Source: Bythopirellula sp.
GTDB lineage: Bacteria; Planctomycetota; Planctomycetia; Pirellulales; Lacipirellulaceae
Assembly (NCBI GenBank): GCA_965216565.1
Contig: OZ244170.1
Span: forward strand, 2,976,001-3,040,000
Length of the DNA stretch: 64,000 nucleotides
Direction of reading: 5' to 3'
Shown: positions 41,656 through 52,247 of the stretch, piece after piece
How the letters are laid out: each line of letters begins with the position of its first letter
How positions within the stretch are numbered: the first letter of the stretch is position 1
The notes under the pieces: generated by a model
The model's input: the letters and a program-made list of their open reading frames with translations, nothing else
What the model was told of the DNA's origin: nothing
Databases searched by the model: none
Translations under genes and position numbers: made by a program

Positions 41656-42726
41656 ATGCAGAAGGTAAATAGAATTCTCGATGCCGCAGCCAACCGGGCC
41701 AATGAAGGTCTGCGAGTGGTGGAAGACTACACGCGATTCGTGCTCGACGATGCCCACCTCACCAAGCTGCTCAAAGAACTACGGCACAACTTTGCTGAGG
41801 CACTCGCGGAGTTGCCCGCTGTGGAACGCCACGCCTCGCGCGACACTCAAGAAGACGTCGGCACCGCGATCAGCACTTCGGCAGAGAATTCTCGCCAGGA
41901 CACTTGGGCAGTTTGCCAGGCGAGCCTCGAACGAACCAAGCAATCGCTACGCAGCTTGGAAGAATTCAGCAAAGTCGATTCATCCAAACTTGCCGCCACT
42001 TTCGAACAACTCCGCTACCGACTCTACACCATCGAAAAAGCACTCAGCAAAACTACCAACAGCCGCTCGCGGCTGAGCGGAGCAAACCTCTGCGTACTGG
42101 TCGACGGCCGCGATTCTATCGAGAACTTCGGGCAACTGTGCGAATCGCTGATCGCGGCAGGCGTGGGCATGATCCAACTCCGCGACAAGGAGTTAGGAGA
42201 TCGGCAACTTGCAGAGCGCGGGCGGTTACTCGTCGAAACGACGAAGCATTTCGAAGCTTCAAATCCCTCCCTGCAAGCGAAGGGGACCACAGTAGTCATT
42301 ATCAACGACCGCCCCGACATCGCCGCGGCCATCGGTGCCGATGGTGTTCACCTGGGCCAGGATGATATGAGTGTGAAAGACGCTCGTGCTATCGTCGGAC
42401 CGCGCAAATTGATTGGCGTTTCCACACACAACATCGAGCAAGCCCGCGTTGCAGCGCTCGATGGTGCCGACTACCTGGGCGCAGGCCCTACGTTTCCCTC
42501 CACGACGAAACAGTTCGACGAATTCCCCGGCTTAGACTTTTTGTCGACGGTCGCCCAGGAGGTTCGTTTGCCCACTTTTGCCATTGGTGGCATCAGGCCC
42601 GACAATGTCGCCAAGGTGTTGGAAACCGGCATAAGATATATCGCCGTCAGCTCGGCGGTTTCGAGTGCGGCCAAACCGACAAGTGTAGTTGAGAACCTGT
42701 TGGCGGAAATCAACCGATATCTATGA
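41656..42726 (+). CDS. thiE: Thiamine-phosphate synthase, long form with N-terminal ThiD2-like domain
   Basis: RILDA..NRA.EGLRVVED; QLRDK, INDRPD, GVHLGQDD, STH, AIGGI. Confidence 0.93.
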   Translation: MQKVNRILDAAANRANEGLRVVEDYTRFVLDDAHLTKLLKELRHNFAEALAELPAVERHASRDTQEDVGTAISTSAENSRQDTWAVCQASLERTKQSLRSLEEFSKVDSSKLAATFEQLRYRLYTIEKALSKTTNSRSRLSGANLCVLVDGRDSIENFGQLCESLIAAGVGMIQLRDKELGDRQLAERGRLLVETTKHFEASNPSLQAKGTTVVIINDRPDIAAAIGADGVHLGQDDMSVKDARAIVGPRKLIGVSTHNIEQARVAALDGADYLGAGPTFPSTTKQFDEFPGLDFLSTVAQEVRLPTFAIGGIRPDNVAKVLETGIRYIAVSSAVSSAAKPTSVVENLLAEINRYL

Positions 42727-42803
42727 CGGTGGGCGATCGGAGATCGGTCGGGTATGCTAAGGCGTTCCAAGTATTCCGAAATCAGTCCTCCGAAATCACA
42801 CTT

Positions 42804-43886
42804 ATGCTCCACGCAATTATCATGGCCGGCGGAACCGGCACCCGATTCTGGCCCGCCAGTCGCAATGCCACGCCTAAACAAATGTTGCCGCTAGTTGGAA
42901 AGTCATCCATGCTTCGGCAAACGGTTGGTCGCCTGGAGGGATTGGTGCCCCACGATCAAACTCTGATTGTCACCAACGAGCGCCTAGTCGACCCCATTCA
43001 AGAAGAGATTCCCTCGCTACCGGCCACCTGTCTGGTGGGCGAACCGTGTAAGCGCGACACCGCCCCGTGCATTGGCCTGGCGGCGCTACTCGTTAGCCGC
43101 AACGATCCCGACGCCACCATGGCCGTTATGCCGGCCGATCATGTCATTCGCTCAACTGATAGATTTCAAAAGGCCATCAAGCAAGCGGCCGAAATGGTCG
43201 ATCGCAAGCCACAGCAGATTGTTACCTTCGGCATCCGCCCCAACTACGCCGCCGAGATTTTTGGTTACATCCAACGCGGAGCCAAGATCGACTTCACCGG
43301 GGCGGTCGCCCCCACGTACACGGTGAAGAGTTTCGAAGAGAAGCCCGACGCGGCTACCGCCACCCAATATCTCGCCTCCGGCGATTACTATTGGAACTCG
43401 GGAATCTTCATTTGGAAGGCAAAGACCATTCTCGATGCACTGGCCGAGCGGCAACCGAAGATGCTCGATCATCTGCAGAAGATTAACGATGCCTGGGGCA
43501 CCGACGAACAAGCCGCCGTCCTCGAGCGCGAATTCACTGCCATCGAGGGCATCTCGATTGACTACGCCGTCATGGAAAATGCCCAGGACGTGGCCGTGAT
43601 CGAAGCTCCGTTTGATTGGGACGACCTGGGAAGTTGGCGATCGCTTTCTCGTTTGCTTGGCACTAACAAAGACGAGAACACCATCGTCGGCAAACACTTG
43701 GGCGTGGCCACCAGCAACTCCGTCATTCGCTCTGACGACGATCACCTAGTCGTCACCGTAGGCATGAAAGACTGCATTGTCGTTCACACGCCCGATGCAA
43801 CCTTAGTGGCAAACAAACATGACGAAGAATCCATTCGCGAGGTCGTCAAAGAGTTAGAAGCCCGCGGCTGGACTGAGCATTTATAG
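42804..43886 (+). CDS. manC: Mannose-1-phosphate guanylyltransferase
   Basis: IMAGGTGTRFWPASR..PKQ, EP..RDTAP, PADH, WNSGIF, SIDYAVME, WDDLGSW. Confidence 0.93.
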   Translation: MLHAIIMAGGTGTRFWPASRNATPKQMLPLVGKSSMLRQTVGRLEGLVPHDQTLIVTNERLVDPIQEEIPSLPATCLVGEPCKRDTAPCIGLAALLVSRNDPDATMAVMPADHVIRSTDRFQKAIKQAAEMVDRKPQQIVTFGIRPNYAAEIFGYIQRGAKIDFTGAVAPTYTVKSFEEKPDAATATQYLASGDYYWNSGIFIWKAKTILDALAERQPKMLDHLQKINDAWGTDEQAAVLEREFTAIEGISIDYAVMENAQDVAVIEAPFDWDDLGSWRSLSRLLGTNKDENTIVGKHLGVATSNSVIRSDDDHLVVTVGMKDCIVVHTPDATLVANKHDEESIREVVKELEARGWTEHL

Positions 43887-43930
43887 ACATTGGCGAGACG
43901 TGCTCCAGCACGTCGGGTTCGCTGTACACC

Positions 43931-44389
43931 ATGAGCACCAACAAGCCAGCACGTATCGCAGGAATCGATTACGGCACAGTCCGCATCGGCATTGCTCTTG
44001 CGGACTTGGAAGTCGGCATCGCGGGTCCCTACGAAACCTACACCCGCCGCAGCGAAGCAAAAGACGCCGAGTATTTTCGCCAATTGGCCCAACAAGAACG
44101 CCTCACGCGCCTAGTGGTCGGTCTACCGGTGCATTTGGATGGTCACGAGAGCCAAAAGTCTCGCGAAGCCAGAGCATTCGGCCAGTGGCTCACTGAGCTT
44201 ACCGGGCTACCCGTCGATTACTTCGACGAACGCTACTCCTCAGCTCAAGCGGAAGAAATTCTCCAAGGGGCGCAGCTCACGAAAAAACGCCGTCAGGAGC
44301 GGATCGATCAGCTTGCCGCGCAGATTATGCTTACTGCCTATTTAGAGTCGGGCGCCAAAGGGCAGAAGAACCCTGGCGGGATTGAATGA
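43931..44389 (+). CDS. ruvX: YqgF/RuvX RNase H-fold nuclease
   Basis: GIDYGTVRIGIA, VVGLP, DERYSS, D..AAQIML. Confidence 0.93.
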   Translation: MSTNKPARIAGIDYGTVRIGIALADLEVGIAGPYETYTRRSEAKDAEYFRQLAQQERLTRLVVGLPVHLDGHESQKSREARAFGQWLTELTGLPVDYFDERYSSAQAEEILQGAQLTKKRRQERIDQLAAQIMLTAYLESGAKGQKNPGGIE

Positions 44390-44407
44390 TCTCGATCTAG
44401 CGTGATG

Positions 44408-46120
44408 TTACTGTTGGGGCTCTTCATCTAGCAACATGTGCGTGGCACTGGTGGGCAGCGCCAATCGAATTTCAGCAGCCCCGAGCGCTTTGATGATCTG
44501 CATGTTTAGCTTCTCAGCAAAAGCGACATACTGCCAGTAGTCGGGAGGATGGTACCAGTAGAAGATTCTGATGCGAAGCGAATCGCGATTGAATTCGTCG
44601 AAGAATACGCGTGGTGGATAGTCATGATCCATACCCTCGTGATCCTGCAATAGACCCCGTATCACCTCTACTGCACGCTGCACCTTGTCAGCAGGGGTGT
44701 CAAGCTCCAGGGCGACACTCGTACAACGGCGAATGTGGGGGCGACGGCCCACATTTTCGATATGTGTTCGAGCCATGTCCTCGTTGGGTATCGTTACCTG
44801 ATGTCCGGTTAGCAACCGCAGCCGCGTTGACCGCAATCCAATCTCTTCCACGGTGCCATCGTATCCTTTGGTTACAATCCGTTCTCCCACGCGATAGGGT
44901 TTGTCTAAGAAGATCATCATGCTACCGAAGAGATTCTTCAACGCGTCCTGAGCGGCAAGCGCTAAAGCCAATCCACCTACCCCAGCTCCAGCAAGTAGGG
45001 TCGATAAGGGAATTCCAAGCTGTTTGCCGCCCTCGAGAAACACCACCACCGCTGCCACCAAACTTGCCAATCGGCAGCAAACTCGAATGAATTGGGCGTC
45101 CAAACCTTTCGGATGAATTCTTGGCTGGGCGATTATCGATTCCGCAACTCTGGTACCCAAGCCGAGCACCACCACAATTAGGGCCAGCAGACAAACCAAA
45201 TCCAGAAAAATTGTCACCGAATTGAGCACATCGCCACGCAGGGCAAGTTGGTCTAAGACAATCTTCTTAGCGGCAAGCGGAAGAGTGATAGCCGCAACGT
45301 GAAATAGTAGTGAGAAAAAGTATCCGACAACGCTAGTCCCGCGCTGCGACTTCGCCACTCGTCTGCCTATGCGATAGATCGCAAACATGGAACCGAACAA
45401 GACTAACAGAACCAGCAAGAGTCCAATCCACTTCCAGATCGGCGTGTTTAGCACTACCGAACGAGTCCATCCAGGAAAGGAGTGAATCCAGCTATCGGGG
45501 ATCATTGACCCCGCGTTCGACAGATACCAGTCGTAGAGTCCAGGAGTACTGCCAGGTTGGTAGGGAAGATGTCGGACCAACTCAAAATAGTTGCTGGCTT
45601 CCTCAACGGTTGCTGCATCGAATAAGTACTCTCCCTTGCGAGCTCCGTCCGTCACTCGAGAAATTGTGATCTCCGTGTCGGGGATCCTCCAATTTGAAAG
45701 AGGTTCAGTATCGCCATCCGTCGTCAACTGATCCACGCCTGGAATCTCATCCCAGGGCGGAAGTACGATTCGATCCAGGACCTCCTTCAGACAAACTGCC
45801 GATTCTGCTGAGACACCACGCCTCAAAGCCGGAGCAACTTCACTGAGATCCAAGCAACTAACAATCCGGCGTGCAGTCTGGTCCCCGAATTCTCCGTTGA
45901 CTTTCAACTGCTCATACAGCTCGCTCCAAGCCTCCAGATAACTCCGGAGTGTGTCTCGGGGACTAGACGTATTGGCAGGCTCCAGTGGGTTCGCCTGGTT
46001 TTGAGCCACGACTGGGGCTATCGTGATTAACAACATCGCCGCGATCAGATGGCATCGCAAGATAGGTATTCGTGATACGAAAAGCTGGCGATACAGTTGA
46101 CTCGGTATCAGAAGTGTCAT
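44408..46120 (-). CDS. MscS family mechanosensitive channel with periplasmic N-domain
   Basis: TSSPRDTL; GLALALAAQD; DKPYRVGE; VEEIGLRST; IPN. Confidence 0.92.
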   Translation of the reverse strand: MTLLIPSQLYRQLFVSRIPILRCHLIAAMLLITIAPVVAQNQANPLEPANTSSPRDTLRSYLEAWSELYEQLKVNGEFGDQTARRIVSCLDLSEVAPALRRGVSAESAVCLKEVLDRIVLPPWDEIPGVDQLTTDGDTEPLSNWRIPDTEITISRVTDGARKGEYLFDAATVEEASNYFELVRHLPYQPGSTPGLYDWYLSNAGSMIPDSWIHSFPGWTRSVVLNTPIWKWIGLLLVLLVLFGSMFAIYRIGRRVAKSQRGTSVVGYFFSLLFHVAAITLPLAAKKIVLDQLALRGDVLNSVTIFLDLVCLLALIVVVLGLGTRVAESIIAQPRIHPKGLDAQFIRVCCRLASLVAAVVVFLEGGKQLGIPLSTLLAGAGVGGLALALAAQDALKNLFGSMMIFLDKPYRVGERIVTKGYDGTVEEIGLRSTRLRLLTGHQVTIPNEDMARTHIENVGRRPHIRRCTSVALELDTPADKVQRAVEVIRGLLQDHEGMDHDYPPRVFFDEFNRDSLRIRIFYWYHPPDYWQYVAFAEKLNMQIIKALGAAEIRLALPTSATHMLLDEEPQQ

Positions 46121-46237
46121 TATTTTCGCGCTATAGAATTACCATGTCGACCGACGAGAACCTGTAGACTTAGTATAACTAGCCTGACAGATCGGTGAAA
46201 AAACGATCTTTCTCCCAAAGCTAACGCCATAACTACC

Positions 46238-47107
46238 ATGCAAAAACTGATCTTTGGCTGTGGATACCTGGGGTGCCGTGTGGCAGAACTTTGGAAACAG
46301 CAGGGCGCAGACGTGACGGTTGTCACCCGCAGCCAAGACCATGCCCAAGGATTTGAACACCGGGGCTATCAAGCAATTGTCGCGGACGTCACTAAGCCAG
46401 ACACGCTCTCCGATTTGCCCACTGCCGACACGGTACTGTTTGCCGTGGGATACGACCGTTCGTCCGACGATTCGATCTCAGATGTTTATGCGGAGGGGGT
46501 CAAGAATGTCTTGACCGCGTTGCCAACTGATACCGGCAGTTTCACGTACATCAGCACGACGGGAGTGTATGGCACGGCAGATGGCGGCTGGGTCGACGAA
46601 TCGACCTCGCCTGCCCCCAAACGTGACGGTGGCAAGGCCTCGCTGGCAGCAGAGCAAATTCTCGCAAACCACCCTCTCGGCAAAGCCGCCGTCATGTTAC
46701 GACTCGCGGGCATCTATGGTCCTGGGCGGATTCCTTATCTCGACAAACTCCGCGCCGGAGAACCGATAGCAGCCCCAAGTGCCGGGTGGCTCAATCTAGT
46801 GCATGTCGACGATGCGGCCAGCATCGTCCTCAACACCGAGGCGTGGCAATCAAAATCAGCAGAAGACGGCCCCCATCTGTTTTGCGTTAGCGATGGCCAC
46901 CCCGTCGTGAGGGCGAACTACTATCGCGAGGTTGCCCGGCTCATCGGTGCCGATCCGCCCAACTTCACCGAACCCGATCCGTTGTCGCCAGCAGCACTGC
47001 GGGCCGGTGTGAATCGTCGCGTGTCCAACGAAAAGCTATTGAAAACGGTCAACGTGAAATTCAAATACCCCACGTACCGCGAGGGGCTCAAGGTTATCCT
47101 GAGCTAG
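46238..47107 (+). CDS. NAD-dependent epimerase/atypical SDR oxidoreductase
   Basis: IFGCGYLG, YISTTGVYG, LRLAGIYGPGR, HVDD. Confidence 0.9.
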   Translation: MQKLIFGCGYLGCRVAELWKQQGADVTVVTRSQDHAQGFEHRGYQAIVADVTKPDTLSDLPTADTVLFAVGYDRSSDDSISDVYAEGVKNVLTALPTDTGSFTYISTTGVYGTADGGWVDESTSPAPKRDGGKASLAAEQILANHPLGKAAVMLRLAGIYGPGRIPYLDKLRAGEPIAAPSAGWLNLVHVDDAASIVLNTEAWQSKSAEDGPHLFCVSDGHPVVRANYYREVARLIGADPPNFTEPDPLSPAALRAGVNRRVSNEKLLKTVNVKFKYPTYREGLKVILS

Positions 47108-47150
47108 GTGAATTCGTTCACCACTTCTTTGCAGAATACGCGAAGCGATC

Positions 47151-47536
47151 TGTCATCTCGCCGTAGCGGGTCGCCTGCGGAGACCTGAGGTCTGCCGAAG
47201 GATCTAGCCAGCGCTAGCGGTGCCTAGCTCAATCATTACGCTAAACCGACAGTACACGAACACTACGGCGCTGGGTGAGCTTGAAATGGGGACTGGCTCG
47301 TGATTGCAGAGTTATGTTTTGGGAATTGATTAAACGTAGCTAAAATCACGTGCCTGTCCCCATTTCAAGCGGAAGTTACAGGTGGTCCGTCGAAAAAAGG
47401 GACAGGCACGACAACGTTGCGTGCGACGAGGGCTCAAACCGTGTTCGAGCGTCGAGCCAGTCCCTATTTTCGACTCTCAACTCGGCGCTATTGCACTAGG
47501 TCCAGCTAGAATTTCTCGGCAGACCTCGAAATGACA
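47151..47536. repeat. Nested cluster of REP-like inverted-repeat elements
   Basis: Outer arms of the 5927 family enclose two GGGACTGGCTC/GTGCCTGTCCC elements (47279-47370 and 47389-47474). Confidence 0.82.
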
Positions 47537-47750
47537 TAGTGTGTCTCTATTCCTGACACTCTCTTCATCCAACAGAAAAGTTATTCCGCCGCGCTGTTGA
47601 GAACCATTCTCGATTACGGTTTCATTCGCGAATTAGTCACGACAGCTTGCGGAGCCGGAGACTCGACCTTTAGAATCGCAAGAGATTCAGGTAACTCTCA
47701 CGGCGCGGTTTGTGCCTTCCCATCTTCAACCGACAGGCCCAAAGAAAAAG

Positions 47751-48533
47751 ATGCTCGAACGGACTCCCCTCTTCCCCAATGTGATCGAACTGAATCATCA
47801 GGCTCGGCGGCGGATCACCTGCAGTGCGTATCTGATCTACGACGACAACGAGTGGGCTCTGTTCGATATCGGTTACGAAGATGCCGTCGACGATTGCATC
47901 GAGCTAATTCGCGAACTCGATTTTCCATTCAGCAAATGCAAGACGCTGATCGCCTCGCATGCCGACGTCGACCATATTCAAGGATTGTCCAAGGCCAAGC
48001 AGATCCTAAAGACCACCGTCACCAGCCATCCCGAGGCCGCCACCTACCTGGAATCGGGCGACCGACTGGCCACCTTTGCAGAGATCTCCGCTCAAGACAT
48101 TCACCTGGAGATGCCACCCGTGGCTGTTGAGCACAAAGTGGTCGACGGCGACAAGATCCAAGTGGGCAATCTGGAATTAGAAGTCTGGCACACGCCTGGG
48201 CATACCGACGGCCAGCTCTCGCTCCGCATGGGCGATTTGCTCTTCTCCGGAGACAACATTTTCCGCGATGGCTGCGTTGGCGCCATCGATGCCCACCACG
48301 GCAGCAGCATTCCTGATTTCATCAGCTCGCTGAAACGCATCCAACAGAGCGATGCCAAGTGGCTTCTGCCCAGCCACGGCCCTGTCTTCCGCAAAGATAA
48401 CGACCTGATTGCCCGCACCATCGAGCGGCTCGAAGGCTATCTGCACATGGCCGATTTCGGCACGTGTGCGATCGATTGGCCGCTGATGGACGAGTGGGAG
48501 CGCGAGCTGGTCGAGGGCAAGATTCCGGAGTAA
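47751..48533 (+). CDS. MBL-fold metallo-hydrolase
   Basis: SHADVDH, HTPGHT, LFSGD and LLPSHG motifs. Confidence 0.9.
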   Translation: MLERTPLFPNVIELNHQARRRITCSAYLIYDDNEWALFDIGYEDAVDDCIELIRELDFPFSKCKTLIASHADVDHIQGLSKAKQILKTTVTSHPEAATYLESGDRLATFAEISAQDIHLEMPPVAVEHKVVDGDKIQVGNLELEVWHTPGHTDGQLSLRMGDLLFSGDNIFRDGCVGAIDAHHGSSIPDFISSLKRIQQSDAKWLLPSHGPVFRKDNDLIARTIERLEGYLHMADFGTCAIDWPLMDEWERELVEGKIPE

Positions 48534-48791
48534 TTGCATCCGGAACCAGGGTCGGTGGGGGCTCACTACGTTCAATCCCAGCCACCCAGCCACTCACCCT
48601 GCTATCGTTGCTAGCCGATCGCGGCAAACTCTGCACAAAAATCTACTTCTGCCGATTGTGCCGGATATTCCCTCAACCTCAAGTTTGCCGCGGACCGATC
48701 TCTATCTTTGGAATCACTCGTCCAAAAGCTGTGCCACCCGCGCGCACCGCCTTTCTGGACAGACCCATAGAGAATCGAGGGGGGAACTTCG

Positions 48792-49121
48792 ATGGTCCGC
48801 AGGATCTTATTTGCCTCGTGCTTGTTGGCAGCTACCGCATGCTGCTGCTCCCAAGCCAACCAGGCAGCCGCGCAACAGGCTTATGGCCGAGCTTGGGGTC
48901 AAACCTATTCGACCCAAGACTGGAATCGCTTCTACCACTATCCCTACGTGTACTACCCCCAGAACTTCTGGGGCAACGAGTACTACCGCAGCGCAGATAG
49001 CCTGTACTACAGATATCCGCCTGAGATGCGGATTCCGGTCTACAATCGCCGCTGGCACAACTACTACCCGAACCGCCGCAAGTACCACTCCGGCCATCAC
49101 TTTGTGCTCGACGTATTTTGA
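48792..49121 (+). CDS. Small secreted Tyr/aromatic-rich protein
   Basis: GAGG SD; signal peptide; 16 Tyr in the mature region. Confidence 0.8.
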   Translation: MVRRILFASCLLAATACCCSQANQAAAQQAYGRAWGQTYSTQDWNRFYHYPYVYYPQNFWGNEYYRSADSLYYRYPPEMRIPVYNRRWHNYYPNRRKYHSGHHFVLDVF

Positions 49122-49184
49122 GCAGCATGCAAATGAGATTTAAGGGTTAGCCGCGACGCTACGCGTCGCCGGTAGCCAAAGCTC

Positions 49185-50414
49185 TCAGCTTGTCACTAAC
49201 CGACAAAGAATCTCCACCGCCAGCGAAAGCTGCGCCTCGTCGATCCACTCATCCTCAGTGTGCGCCTGGGCGATTGATCCTGGACCGAACACGACCGTGG
49301 GGATTCCAAGCGCTGCGATCTCTGGCGCGTCCGTGCCATAAGGAGCACCCTGAATTTGCGAGGGTGCTCCGCAGTCGCGTGTCACTGCAGTAATACGTTC
49401 GCCCAGCTGGCGATTGTCATTGCCCTGGAGAGTACCGCTTTTCAGCCAGGGCAATTCGTGCTCTACGCGAGCTTTGCCCATCGTGGCATGCGTGGCGATC
49501 CAGTCGATCAATTCCTGGTAGGCGCTCTTGGCAAATTCACCAGGTGCCAGCCGACGGTCGATGTCGATCACTACCTCGTCGGGGACTGTGTTCACTCCCG
49601 TTCCACCTTGGATGGTGCTGACGGAAACGGACGGCTTGCCACACAGCGGGTGTGCTTCGCGGGTCGCCAGAATCTCTCGGTGATAACGCTCAACAGCCTG
49701 CACGACGTTCGACATCGCATAGATGGCGTTCACGCCCTCGTCCGGACGAGAAGTATGCGCCGCACGGCCCCGGGTGCGACACTTCCAGCGGACCACTCCT
49801 TGATGGGCAACTACAACATTCAGCGATGTCGGCTCGGCAACGATCGCTTCAGTCGGCCTGAGCGCTCGCAACTCTTCCAAGGGTAACGGACCACTGCAGG
49901 GGCTCAACTCCTCAGAACTAACCTCGGGATCCCAAAGTCGGCTTAGTGCTGTAGCCCCAGTGAACCCACATTCCTCATTGACCGTAAACGCCAGGAGCAG
50001 CGCCGCGTCCTGCCTGGTGGAGTTCTCCGAGACTCGCGCCGCCGCAGCCAGGATGGACGCCATGCCACCTTTGACATCGCACGCCCCCCTGCCCCAAATA
50101 CGCCCATCTCGGCTTACGCCTGCAAAGGGATCGATCGTCATCCCGCCCACTCCAACAGTATCCTGGTGGGCTTCCCAGAGCTGGACAGACAGTGGGTCGG
50201 CAGACGGTCCACGGGGCACTCTCACCAGCAGATTATCTCGGCCAGGATGAACCTGTTGCCGTAACCAGGGCCAATGTCGATCCTGACAGTATGAAACCAG
50301 GAATTCTGTAACGGCCGCTTCGCCAGAAAATTCTTCTGAGTCTTCACATAGCTTGGGGTTTACACTGGGAAGCTGGACCAGTTTTTGCAGTAAGTCCTTT
50401 TCAGTCGGCAACAT
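49185..50414 (-). CDS. M20 family metallopeptidase (ArgE/DapE-like deacylase)
   Basis: AHQDTV, GRGACDVKGG, NEE, AEPT, AH.S.P, GTDA, AHTEDE. Confidence 0.92.
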   Translation of the reverse strand: MLPTEKDLLQKLVQLPSVNPKLCEDSEEFSGEAAVTEFLVSYCQDRHWPWLRQQVHPGRDNLLVRVPRGPSADPLSVQLWEAHQDTVGVGGMTIDPFAGVSRDGRIWGRGACDVKGGMASILAAAARVSENSTRQDAALLLAFTVNEECGFTGATALSRLWDPEVSSEELSPCSGPLPLEELRALRPTEAIVAEPTSLNVVVAHQGVVRWKCRTRGRAAHTSRPDEGVNAIYAMSNVVQAVERYHREILATREAHPLCGKPSVSVSTIQGGTGVNTVPDEVVIDIDRRLAPGEFAKSAYQELIDWIATHATMGKARVEHELPWLKSGTLQGNDNRQLGERITAVTRDCGAPSQIQGAPYGTDAPEIAALGIPTVVFGPGSIAQAHTEDEWIDEAQLSLAVEILCRLVTS

Positions 50415-50559
50415 ACGTCGATTTCGTTGATTTTGGGGGACTCGAGGATCGTTAGATGTTAAGCCGAAAATACCGCTAGAAGGGCAAAGAAAGTACTTTT
50501 TTTCCGGTATTCCGGACTAAACGTTTGCGTTGAATGACCAGTCGCGTTAAACTCGTAGC

Positions 50560-50624
50560 TGCGTGGGGTTCCTGCGCACTATTACCCTCTGTGGGTCGCT
50601 GCCCCACCCACAGAGGGCTTTTTT
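50560..50624 (+). ncRNA. Candidate small RNA or attenuator leader
   Basis: TTGCGT-17-TAAACT promoter (50525-50553), 5' hairpin, 12-bp terminator stem plus T6; no ORF. Confidence 0.5.
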
Positions 50625-50974
50625 ATGCGCAGACAGTCAGATCTAGCCAGCGTTCGTGCTAGCTTTTAAGGGTTTTCTTCCAATTCCAAGGTCGGCTGCA
50701 CGACCCGAAAATACCTCAGCGACTTCCGATTATTTGGCCCTCTTCTGGCCAACGACAGGCGGATCCCCTCCGGCCTCGTAATTTTTTCGATTCCTCAGCA
50801 ATCTTCCAGAGATTCGCTAAGCTCGGCTGTCAACTCCTTGGCAACGAAATGAAGGCAGATAAGGTAAGAGCATGGCTACAAAGTAGTCGCCACCCGCCTT
50901 CACGTTCTTGCCGCAGCTAAGGCCATTGCTCACACGGGGTACGAAGATCGCCCCAAATTCCAGGAGTTTTCAGA

Positions 50975-52054
50975 ATGTCTGACAGTACGGTCGATCCCGC
51001 CACAGTTCAACAAATCGTCGGCGACTATAGCGACCCAGAAACTGGTCGCCCGCTGAAAGCGATGGAGCAGGTTCAATCTTGCTCAGTCGACGGCAACAAG
51101 GTTGCGATCACAGTAGGGTTAACCACTTACTCTGCACCCTTGTGGGAAGAAACCCGTCAACAGATTCAAGATCAAGTGAAATCGAGAGTGCCCGGCGTCG
51201 CGGAGGTTTCTGTCGACATTGTGGAACACGATCGTCCGGCAGAGCCCATTGGTACGATCGGTTTGAAGGCTAAGAGCGTGATCGCGGTCGGCTCAGGCAA
51301 AGGGGGCGTGGGCAAGAGCACCATCGCCGCCTCGGTCGCATTAGGACTGAAAAAAGCGGGATGCAAGGTGGGGCTGATGGACGCTGACGTCTATGGACCA
51401 AGTATTCCCCACCTGTTGGGAGTCGACGAAAAACCAAGCGCCATTGAGAACCGTTTGCAGCCAGTACTCTCTAACGGTATGCCGGTTATGAGCATGGGCT
51501 TCCTCGTACCACCGGGCGAAGCGGTCGTGTGGCGGGGCCCAATGTTGCACGGCGCTATCACACAGTTCTTGCGAGATACCGACTGGGGAGACCTCGATTA
51601 CTTAATCATCGATATGCCCCCAGGCACGGGAGACATCGCTCTAACATTGTCGCAACTATTGCCGCTTACAGGAGCCGTTGTGGTTTGCACCCCTCAAGAA
51701 GTTGCACTATTGGACGCCGTGAAAGCTGCCGCCATGTTCCGCAAAGTGAATATCCCCATATTGGGAATGGTCGAAAACATGAGCTACTTTTTATGTCCCG
51801 ATAACGGCAAGCGCTACGACATCTTTGGTTCTGGTGGAGCACGCGAAAAAGCTTCCGAGCTGGATATACCTTTCTTAGGCGAAGTGCCGATTGAGATTGC
51901 CATTCGCGAGCGCGGCGATGCCGGGGATACCGAGGGCAACTTTACCGATGGCCAAAGCGCGCCACATTTCGAGAGAATTTGCTACAGCCTGGCCAAGCAG
52001 ATTTCTAGCAGCCGCGCAACGGAACCCCCCATGCCCTCGCTCTCGGTTTTGTAA
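50975..52054 (+). CDS. mrp: Mrp/NBP35 (ApbC) Fe-S cluster carrier ATPase
   Basis: GKGGVGKS, DADVYGPS, WRGPM, DMPPGTGD, ENMS. Confidence 0.95.
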   Translation: MSDSTVDPATVQQIVGDYSDPETGRPLKAMEQVQSCSVDGNKVAITVGLTTYSAPLWEETRQQIQDQVKSRVPGVAEVSVDIVEHDRPAEPIGTIGLKAKSVIAVGSGKGGVGKSTIAASVALGLKKAGCKVGLMDADVYGPSIPHLLGVDEKPSAIENRLQPVLSNGMPVMSMGFLVPPGEAVVWRGPMLHGAITQFLRDTDWGDLDYLIIDMPPGTGDIALTLSQLLPLTGAVVVCTPQEVALLDAVKAAAMFRKVNIPILGMVENMSYFLCPDNGKRYDIFGSGGAREKASELDIPFLGEVPIEIAIRERGDAGDTEGNFTDGQSAPHFERICYSLAKQISSSRATEPPMPSLSVL

Positions 52055-52159
52055 CCTGAGACGGATTGGCGAGCGGTGGGAAACTTGTCGATAGCCCTTT
52101 CACCGCACGCTCGAAGAGAGGGCTTTTTTCGAGAAGCTCGGCAGCTAGCATTGTCCAAC

Positions 52160-52195
52160 AAAAAAAACGGCCAGCCGCGCAAGGCGACTGACCGT
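52160..52195 (-). terminator. Intrinsic terminator of the Lys-rich gene
   Basis: Minus-strand 12-bp stem with two G-U pairs, followed by a U tract. Confidence 0.8.
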
Positions 52196-52247
52196 GTTTT
52201 CTGCTTGGGTCACCCAAAAGGACGACCTACAAGAAGAATCGAAGGAT

